A stretch of DNA of 64,000 nt from Eledone cirrhosa (taxonomy: Eukaryota). The position numbers were made by a program, and so were the translations under genes. How positions within the stretch are numbered: the first letter of the stretch is position 1; every line of letters begins with the position of its first letter. Positions 54,265-64,000 of this stretch are shown here, one piece after another. The notes under the pieces are model-generated. The model did not search any database. It saw nothing but the letters and a program-made list of their open reading frames with translations, and was not told the origin of the DNA. The stretch lies in contig OZ024743.1 in assembly GCA_964016885.1 (NCBI GenBank), positions 79,050,001 through 79,114,000 of the forward strand, given 5' to 3'.

Positions 54265-55166
54265 CACTCACTTCTTTATGATTTATACACCCACATCAAT
54301 ATACATTCATACTTTATTCAAATATATACATCCATGTCTATATATATTCTCATTTCCTTCTAATAAACACTCATGGCTGTATACACTCATACTTCATTCG
54401 AATATATACACCCACGATGAAATACATTCACATTTCGTCTTTTATACTCCCACGACTGTAGATGTTCAGACTTCATTCAAATATATACATCCAACACACG
54501 GGTTTCATTCAAGCATAAACACCCACGACTATATTCACACCTCCTTCCAATATATACACCCACCACTATATTCACACCTCCTTCCAAATATATGCACCCA
54601 CCACTATATATACTCACATGCACTTCATTCAAATATATACACCCACCACTATATTTACACCTCCTACCAGCCCCTACTAAAATTGACCTCACATCACATA
54701 TTACGATAGAAATAGTTCACCCGAGGCCGCTCTCTTTAACCCTATTGATATCAACCCGGCTAAAACCGACTCTCGTTCTATGACACATAGAAACACACAA
54801 TGGGAACCACCCATTTTAAAGGCTTCTAACATAATTTTATATAAAAACCTTACATTAACCCTTTCCAAACCGGCCCAAACCAGTTTGTAACCGAATACGA
54901 CTTCTTTGAAAAGAGAGACATTGGTAAAAGCGTGTCATTTAAGTTGCTGTCACATATGTCGCGTTAGGTGGTTCATTAGATAAGGAAGTAACATGTCATA
55001 CCACATAGTGTGTAGGTGAGTTTCTCGCCTGATTGAGTTTGATTGGCGTAGCATGATTTACAGATCAGGGTTAGGCTACCTGCACAATGACACACTTCGG
55101 TACAGGTGTCCCGTGGAAAATCAAGGTGTATGGGGTACTCAAAGGTGTTATTTCCATGAGTGTGAG

Positions 55167-55204
<38 letters not shown>

Positions 55205-55224
55205 TATACTCACACACATACATA

Positions 55225-56075
55225 CGAAATGTGTCATAAAAAAATGACCGGGGTCGCAAAAAGTATTTCAAATCTAAACAATAAACTAAAAGCTTTCCCC
55301 TTTGCAATAACCCCCCTCCCTCCTTGAGTCTAACGCACTTTCCCTTCTCCGTCACGTTTCCATGCACTATTGGGAGGATTATCCTAGTATTCACCGAAAC
55401 TCATCGTCAGGGCCCACTTGATGGCCCACATGCTCTCCGGTTCGTACACGAAGATCCCGACTCATCATCATTGATGACTCTCCCTAGAAAGTCTGGTTCT
55501 GTTTCAAGACACTCGAGGATGTCCTGACAAACCTACATGTGCCGGTCCTTCTGCTCATCGTTTAGCAGCTTCAGCACACCACGCAGATCTTTTCTATACC
55601 AAATCTTCAATGATAATCTTCCAAATACTGTCACGGTTCTTGCACAGCTCACTTGCGATCAGTCTGACAGTCAGCCGACGATCGCCATGCACCACCTGCC
55701 TCACGCGCTCTACTTTAGCCACAGTTCGTTGAAGCTATTCCGCTCTTGAGGTCGACTTTGAAACTCGAAAGCCCATGAGCGTGACATCATCTCCGTACAA
55801 TTACTGTAGTATTCCAAGTGCTTTTCACGAAGTTTACCCCAGCCGGACTAGAAACTTTACGCTGGTTCGTTGCTCTGTGACCATCACTCGACAGCCTAAA
55901 ATTGAGGAGTTGTTAACAAAAGCCGGTGAAAAAACATGGAATGGCTGCAGAGAGCTGAGATCGCAGTTATATACCCCCCAGATGTTACATCACACGGTGA
56001 GGCAACCCGCTAATCTCTGCCCCACTCATAGCTCATACCGCACACTATGACCTGTTACTTTTCTGATACGCCTCG
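55225..56075 (-). mobile_element. Tc1/mariner transposon relic
   Basis: Minus-strand peptides DRRLTVRLIASEL..IWKIIIEDL and EPDFLGRVINDDES..VYEPE (mariner IITGDESW..YDPE-like); degenerate TA-flanked TIRs cgaaatgtgtcataaaa / cgaggcgtatcagaaaag. Confidence 0.7.
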
Positions 56076-56480
56076 TATGTGTGTGTTTGGAGGTATATAT
56101 GTGTGTGTGTCTGTGTGTGTGTACGTGTGTGTGTATGTATATGTGTGTCTGTGTGTGTACAAAAAAGTGAAAAAAACAAAAAGCCAACACTTAGTGCGGC
56201 AATTACATATCTGTCTCAACATAAATGTTTGTTTACATGTGAGAAGAGGGAGCATTATGTATGTATAATCAAATATCTAGTTTTACCGTTGCTATATATA
56301 TATATATATATATATATGAACGAGTAGGACCCCGACGAAACGGCTTGAGCTCAGCCATTGGGGTCCTACTCGTTCCAATTACCCACTCTACTACCCTAAG
56401 TATTGAGTACTTTGGTGCGTTATGGTCCACCTGGTTCCTTACCACATTTCCTTCGTTATATATATAGAGAGAGATATATA

Positions 56481-56599
<119 letters not shown>

Positions 56600-56603
56600 G
56601 TAC

Positions 56604-56679
<76 letters not shown>

Positions 56680-56683
<4 letters not shown>

Positions 56684-56912
56684 ATAATAATAAATTTGAA
56701 GTCTAAAATCCAAAGAGGTCTCGATAAGGATAAATATATATCAAATATATAAGAACCGTAGAGCAAATATTTATTAAAATAACAGATTAAAGTTTAAGCA
56801 AAGAATCGCTGCTTTCACCCTTAACGGGATCTTCTGAAACTCAAGAAGATCCCGTTAAGGGTGAAAGCAGCGATTCTTTGCTTAAACTTTAATCTGTTAT
56901 TTTAATAAATAT
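56680..56912. mobile_element. Dispersed (TA)n-associated element with a perfect 68-bp fold-back; relatives at ~14510-14665, 28950-29100, 31440-31500, 59810-59860
   Basis: 56767-56834 is the reverse complement of 56845-56912 around a 10-nt loop; shared gataaggataaatatatatcaaatatataagaacc. Confidence 0.75.
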
Positions 56913-57632
56913 ATATACGTACAAATATATATATATATATATGTGTGTGTACGTATATATATATGTATATAAAATTTAATTAGAAATGGCTTCTACAGGA
57001 CTAGAACTGTTTTATTCGATGGAAATCATCAGGGCTCTCCTGTTGATTTCCTTCGAATGAAACATTTCTATATTAAATTTGATGTTTACACTCTACTAAT
57101 GTAGTGAGTACCTTACTATGGCAACCCCCGATTGAACTCGGGACTCATATAACAGTGGTGGACTGGCCATGTTGCCAGGTTGTCCAATGGCAAGTCTAGC
57201 TTGCAGGGCCCACTGTAGTGTTTTCGGGGCCAATGCTTTGCTTTCAAATACCTGAAATCTAAGAGAAAGAATAACATTTAAATAAAAAAAATAAAATAAA
57301 TAAGCAAAGCATTTGGTCAACCAATTCCCCAGGGAATTACTAGAAACGATAGTGAAAATAGCTGGAATCAGTGGTGGTACGTTCTACTAAATCTAAAGCT
57401 TAGTGTATTCATTAATGCATGCATATATAGACACAGACACACAAGCATATATATATATGTATATATTTATATACTTACACACGAAATACTGACCAAATAA
57501 TATTTGGTATCAATAGGTTATAGACATCTGTCAAATCAATTACTGGTGAAGGTGATGTGTCTATATATATATATATTTCGTTTCTGGATTTGTTTAGCAA
57601 GATTCTTTATCTGAAAACGTGTGTTGAAACCG

Positions 57633-58019
57633 ATATTGTTATACTTTGGGAGGGTCATGTTGCCAATAAGAAACACACGCACCAGTTGCTTTCACTTCAA
57701 TTTATTATAATAAATTTATAAATTTAGGAATTTATAAATTTCCGGTTGGTTGGTTGGTTCCACAACCAGATGGTTGTTTATATATTGTCAAAGTTGTTTC
57801 GTCACACATTATGTGACCTCTTCAGTGACTGGGGATTCTTTTCTTTGTTTTTGTGCCTCTCCTTTGTTCTGTCCAACGCCATCTTGTTTCTGAAACAACC
57901 AACCAACCGGAAATTTATAAATTTATAAATTCCTAAATTTATAAATTTATTATAATAAATTGAAGTGAAAGCAACTGGTGCGTGTGTTTCTTATTGGCAA
58001 CATGACCCTCCCAAAGTAT

Positions 58020-58027
<8 letters not shown>
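57633..58027. mobile_element. Fold-back Penelope-like relic with ~125-bp inverted arms and internal hammerhead core (57787-57829, minus)
   Basis: Arms 57633-57756 and 57896-58027; gtca-CTGAAGA-g-gtcac..gtgac-GAAA-caac-TT-tgac; terminus atgaccctccca(a)agtataacaatat also at ~23870 and ~31595. Confidence 0.7.
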
Positions 58028-58098
<71 letters not shown>

Positions 58099-58316
58099 AG
58101 TAAAAATTAGCGAGAATCGAATTTCAGCCCATGAAATAACGAAAAAACACTTTCGAATTGTGAGGCAAGCGCTCAATAATTCAAATGAATTAGAGCTTAC
58201 AACTTACGTTAAAGGCCAAACACACTGAGATGGTGGTTAAACTAATTATCCACACAGCGAATATTCGATCTCCTATTTCGGGTCAAACAGATATACAGAT
58301 ATAAAAATATATGAAA

Positions 58317-58426
<110 letters not shown>

Positions 58427-59072
58427 ATGTATGAGTGTATGTATATATATATATATATATGTGTGTGTATGTATATAATTGTGTGTGTGTGTGTGTGTGT
58501 TTGCATGTGTGTTTTTATTTTACTTTTCCTTTCCTTCTTCCTTCTCCAGCCTCACTTTCATATAGATTGCATTTTTGTTTTTACAATCCAATATCAATAA
58601 ATACACCAGGATTTTTTCATTCTGATGATTGAAAGCAACATCTTTTGCTTTTAAGAAACCACTGGTAAATGGAATAATTGCCTTATGTTGATTATTACAT
58701 AACTATTAAGCTCTGTTACCTACATAGAGCACTCTTTTTTCCTGGACTTTTCCGACGGAATTACTTCATTTATATATATATATATATATATATATAAATG
58801 GAAAAGAATGAAACGAAATTTCATTTCTCACTCTTAGTACGGCTGATACCTAAATATAAGTATGTATACGTTCATACATATATGTATACAGACGCACATT
58901 TATCATTTTCGGTATGCCCGGCCGACTAACTTACTCCATATGCCCGGCCGACTAACTTACTCCATATTCCCGTCGATTAACTCACTCGATATGCAAATTA
59001 GGCTACTCAGCCGTTAATATGCATAAGGAAAGTATATACTTTCAGACGTTCAATCATCTGACAGAAAGGTAT

Positions 59073-59115
59073 ACGATGCTGACGATAGCTAATAAGCTTG
59101 AAACTAGTACATCGT
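59073..59115 (+). ncRNA. Minimal type I hammerhead ribozyme
   Basis: acgatg-CTGACGA-t-agct-aata-agct-t-GAAA-ctag-TA-catcgt: perfect 6-bp stem I, 4-bp stem II, palindromic ACTAGT stem III, GUA site. Confidence 0.8.
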
Positions 59116-59228
59116 TCCTGTGTCAGTGTTGAACAAAAGGGCAACGATGGTTGCCGAGCACTGTACGGCTTAATTCGGACTGTTTGTTTACAAACAAACC
59201 GAACATTATAATAAATGTTCGGTAAACC

Positions 59229-59290
<62 letters not shown>

Positions 59291-59354
59291 CATGTATGTA
59301 TATATATACATACTAATGTGCGTCTGTACACATATATGTATGTACGTTTACATA

Positions 59355-59389
<35 letters not shown>

Positions 59390-59778
59390 AAACTACGCAA
59401 CAAGTGCTCACTCTGTGGAACCTACAGTAACTGGGCGTTACCCCCCCCCCCCCCCCACATACACACACATACTCTCAAGAGCGTGAAACTAATAAACCTT
59501 TGTTTGTTCTGCCTCTCTGTTTTCGCTCCCGTTCCAATTTTCACTATATATAAACAGCCTGAAATAAACATGTGACTGAACATTCCACAGGCACGTATAC
59601 CCTTAAGGGAGATTCAGCATGATGCAGTGTGTAAGGCTGTCCCTTTGAATTACAGGTACAAACCATCTGACGAGCTTCCAAACAGTTTCCATTTACCCAG
59701 TTTTACTCACAAGGCATAAATCAACTCATAGTTATGATGGCACTTGCCCTAGACACTGGATATATATATATATATATG

Positions 59779-59814
<36 letters not shown>

Positions 59815-59956
59815 TAAAATAATAGATTAAAGTTTAAGCAAAGAATCACTGCTTTCACCCTCATATTTTTCCGCAAAAAAAAAAAGGATAGCATTCTATA
59901 TGTAGGTGGGCCCCCTTCATCTGGCAACCAATATTTTTAGACTTAGTCCGCCACTG

Positions 59957-60077
<121 letters not shown>

Positions 60078-60760
60078 TAGGTAGTACGGTGAAAAATCCT
60101 ATCAGTATTATCCACTTGACAAAAACATGAAATGTCTTTACTGAAACGGTAAACTGGCGCCGGGTCTTCCAGGCGTGGCACACCCCCACAAACCCCATGC
60201 TTCCCGTTCACACCAAAACAAGTCTTTGACTGACCAATGCACATTCCAAAACGCGCCCACACCCGCACCCACATACGCACACGAATCCTTAATTACTCGC
60301 GCGCTCACGTAAATACGCACATAAATATCGCTGATTACACACCCGCATTGACTCCCCAACAATTATACCAAAATATATACATACGCCTACACACAAAAAA
60401 TAGGGCCGATGTCTATATATATATATATATATACATTCTCGGTCCACATACCACAAAAATAATATATCTTTTATCGCATCACCAGTCCGAGGAACAGATC
60501 GATACTGGAGTCGGGTTGATAACTCCTACGGGTCACCTTGAGCCAATCCTCTGCGAAATGCGTGTAACAGATCGATGAGCAATAAATATATTTCATATGT
60601 AAACGAAACTTGGTCGTTTTTTTCTATTATATATATATATATATATATATATACGCATGTATATATATAGTGCTAACAAACTGGAAATTATATCTGTAGT
60701 AAGCAGAGCACTCGGTCCGAAGGACGAGTTCGGTGTGTTCGGTACAGAGTTAGTTCCACA

Positions 60761-60919
<159 letters not shown>

Positions 60920-61014
60920 GTGTGTGTTAGGTAATTCCGAAGGAAAAGCAAAGAGTTTTCTATGTACAGAATAGAACTATTTAATTACAAAGTGAGCAAC
61001 ACAAAATATAACTA

Positions 61015-61082
61015 CTCCATTACCAAAGGTTTCTGGATCCCAGACAATAATAATATACGTCTGGATCGGTCGTCAGACAGAG
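61015..61082 (-). ncRNA. Type I hammerhead ribozyme fold in a short fold-back element
   Basis: ctctgt-CTGACGA-cc-gatccagac..gtctgggatc-ca-GAAA-cctttgg-TA-atggag; inverted arms 60982-61022 / 61094-61134. Confidence 0.6.
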
Positions 61083-61128
61083 ATGTTATCTCATAATGGA
61101 GTAGTTATATTTTGTGTTGTTCACTTTC

Positions 61129-61205
<77 letters not shown>

Positions 61206-61486
61206 TACGTGCAAATTAAACACGGGCTCCCTGTTAGATTTTAAACGTTGGCCTAATTTGCTGTCTAATCCCAGTCAACATTGTTACATGTGTCACTCAG
61301 GCTAATACTATATTAAGCCAAACCACCCACTCGAGACCTTGGCTTGCTTTTAGCTTCCTTCAGGGCTTTTCTATAGAAATCTAAACAATATATATGTCTA
61401 GGTATATATATATATATGCATACACACACACTCTAGGATATATATATAGATATGTGCGTGGGTAAGTGTAAATATATATATATGTA

Positions 61487-61581
<95 letters not shown>

Positions 61582-61717
61582 CAGAAGGGATATTCAATTT
61601 GTTGGTAATTCAACAAATATAAATGTTTATAACTGATTCAGAGCACTCAACAGCTTTTCTGGAGAATAATATACAATGATATTAAATAAATGGGAACTAT
61701 ATTTATGAAACCATATT

Positions 61718-61779
61718 TATTCTATTATATATATTTCAAGGGCACCAAAAATGTTGGGACGCTATCATCAGATAAAATA
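61718..61779 (-). ncRNA. Type I hammerhead ribozyme fold downstream of Penelope-like ORF remnants
   Basis: tattttat-CTGATGA-tagcgtcccaacatttttggtgccctt-GAAA-tatata-TA-atagaata; 8-bp stem I. Confidence 0.7.
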
Positions 61780-62349
61780 CGAAGTGTGTTTTATAAATGT
61801 TGATATAACCAAGGATAATATACCTTAACGGTTCAAGTTATCCCTGGATAGTGAAGGGAAGAGAAAAAAAATCACACATTTCAAATTATTAAGATGAGTA
61901 TGCAAATGAGGTTTATGTAAAAGAGCTGAAATAAACGTTATTTTAGACGCTATGGAAAATTTAAATAATTATAAGTTATTGTATGCGTAGGAAAGAAGAG
62001 AAAGGAAGAAGGGTTAGCATTTACGTTAATTTGGGGGAAAAGATTTATTTACCTATATTATGAGTTATAATATTGTATATATAATCAATTAGATTATATG
62101 AAGAATTATGGTTGTAAGTATTTTTATCTTATTACATTAGGATAGGTTATATGTATATAAATATCTATATATATATTAATAAATTGCGTATGTATTAGTT
62201 GTTTATATATCAACTATGAGTTACGAAGGGTGTTGAATTTGTATTTTACTTAAAAAATAGGTGGTTCAAGTTGTGAGAGTAGAACAATTTGTGGATTCAA
62301 AAATTTTGTTCAACATTGAGAATATTTTCAGAATATTGTTAATTTAGCG

Positions 62350-62500
62350 AAGCTATACAGATTATCAAACGTAAAATGCTTATGTTTGCACGATTGAGAA
62401 AAATGTTTGTTTGCACGATTGAGAAAGGAAAGATAACTCCAATTTTGTTTGTTAACCCTTAAATTAGAGAAAAATTATATATTATTTTGTGTGAGATCCA
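62350..62500 (-). mobile_element. Older Penelope-like GIY-YIG C-terminal remnant
   Basis: Reads IIYIIFSNL..SFLNRANKHFSQSCKHKHF, like the LN.R.E..S.C.H end of Neptune-type ORFs. Confidence 0.45.
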
Positions 62501-62769
62501 TTATTTTAGTCGAAAGATGTGTGAATGTTTGAATAACAAAAAGAGAGAGGAAAAATGTAATGTGTTTTTCGAAGAACTATCGTAAAGAGGATAAATTTTC
62601 AGAATGTCATTTAAAGATCATCAATCTACATCTAAAAATATGTTTATAGGGGTGTCCTTACAAAAATAATGTCGGAATTAAAAATAATGTCAGATTTAAA
62701 ATAGTGTAGGAAATTAAAATATTAAATATATATATTAAAAATATTATAAATATTAGATATTGAAATTTT

Positions 62770-62965
62770 TTTGAAATATAAAAAATATAAAAAATATAAA
62801 AAATATAAAAAATATAAAAAATATAAAAAATATAAAAAATATAAAAAATATAAAAAATATAAAAAATATAAAAAATATAAAATATATAAAAAATATAAAA
62901 AATATAAAAAATATAAAAAATATTTAAAAATATTAAAACATTAAAAATATTAAAAATATTAAAAA
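62770..62965. repeat. (AAAAAATAT)n 9-bp repeat
   Basis: Direct reading. Confidence 0.85.
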
Positions 62966-63025
62966 TATTTTAAAAATTACATTTAAATAAAAAAAATAGG
63001 ATCAATTTGAAGGTTTATAGGGACA

Positions 63026-64000
63026 TTATAAATTAAAAATAGTTCTGAATATGGAATTTTGGCGATGTTTGCAATAAGAAAATAATTCTGTTCTGAGATT
63101 AATAGAGTTTTGACAGTTAATTATGTAAAAAATTTCTTCGATACACAATTTACAGAATCTTGATAAAGCCCAATTTCGGTATGCATGTGCTTTCGAAATC
63201 GTTCTCCAAGATATTGAATATTCTATATTGTTGTCTTTTAAATCCCATATTAGATGTGAAAGTGAAGTAGAAGATTTTTTTATCAGATCTCCTAAGTGTA
63301 TGATTATGGTTATTCCAGCGTTCTTTAAATTTTGTTGAAGTGGCACCAACATAGTTAAATATTTTGTCGCTAGTTTTAACTATGCATTTATAAACTATGT
63401 TTTTGTCTAAATAATTATTTTGTAAAGGGCAGTTTGATTTGATTCTACAGTTACAATTATTAGAGTTATTGTTGTTCAGAAGGGTACCATTATTCTGAGT
63501 ATTGTTGTTAGAAATATTATTATTGCTATTTTGGTTAGTTTAGTTAAGGTTTAAATTTAAGTTTCTATTATTAATTCTATTTATATTTTGTGCTTTGTTC
63601 ATAGTAGTAGAGTAGGATAGTTTTATAGTGTGTCTGTTAAAAATAGAGTGGTATCTGTGGGTTTTAGGAAAACATCTATCTAGTGCTTTAAAGAATAGCT
63701 TTGCTAAAGGTGTTTTAACGCTTAATGAGAATGGGGGAGAGTACTAAATAATATTTCTAGTTCTAGTTTTTTTGTTTGGTTTAGTGTCTAAGTTAATACT
63801 AGGATGATATATCATCTTATTGTTATCTATGTATTTAATTTTATTCGAGTATCCTGCTCTATGTAAAGCTTCATTATAATATTCAGCCTTATCATCAAAA
63901 ATATTTTTATTAGCGGAGATGCGTGAAATCCGTTGTTGGACGCTATTGACAATAGTGTTTTTAATACTTCTAGGATGATTAGAATTGAAACTTATATAAT
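63026..64000 (-). mobile_element. Penelope-like retroelement (Neptune-type): RT thumb/linker, Cys motif and GIY-YIG endonuclease, disrupted; runs off window
   Basis: SNHPRSIKNTI..RISRIS..YNEAL..GY, PPFSLSVKT..FPKTHRYHSIFNRHTIKLSYS, CNCRIKSNCPL..IVYKC..YVGAT..FKERWNNH, SLSHLIWDLKDNNIEYSISW..CKLCIEE..INLRTELFSYCKH. Confidence 0.9.

Noticed and set aside
58622-58640. CTGATGA-tt-GAAA hammerhead-like core
   Set aside because: No room for stem II and no convincing stems I and III

Overview
AT-rich eukaryotic, repeat-dominated window, probably from an octopus-like cephalopod (inferred from recalled SINE/RTE families and dense (TA)n/(CA)n tracts). No host protein-coding gene is supported. 1-13.8 kb is a higher-order tandem array of 75-bp minisatellite blocks, AT-rich spacers and minus-strand tRNA-Leu(TAA)-derived copies. 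One variant has its anticodon changed to TTT, and every subunit also carries a much older, gap-free 83-nt 'ghost' tRNA-Leu. An inverted copy of the unit lies at ~25.1-25.8 kb, next to one intact tRNA-Leu(TAA) gene (26507-26589). The rest is decayed LINEs (RTE, R4/Dong-like, Ingi/I-like), a hAT-Charlie/Buster element with TIRs and an 8-bp TSD, a mariner relic, many tRNA-derived SINEs, 55-, 26-, 38- and 49-bp satellites, large triplet microsatellites and Penelope-like (Neptune-type GIY-YIG) remnants. At least five complete or near-complete minimal type I hammerhead ribozyme folds and several decayed ones sit in short, often fold-back, Penelope-like relics next to (TA)n. Many share a U.U mismatch at the base of stem II. 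All folds were read by eye; no activity is shown.
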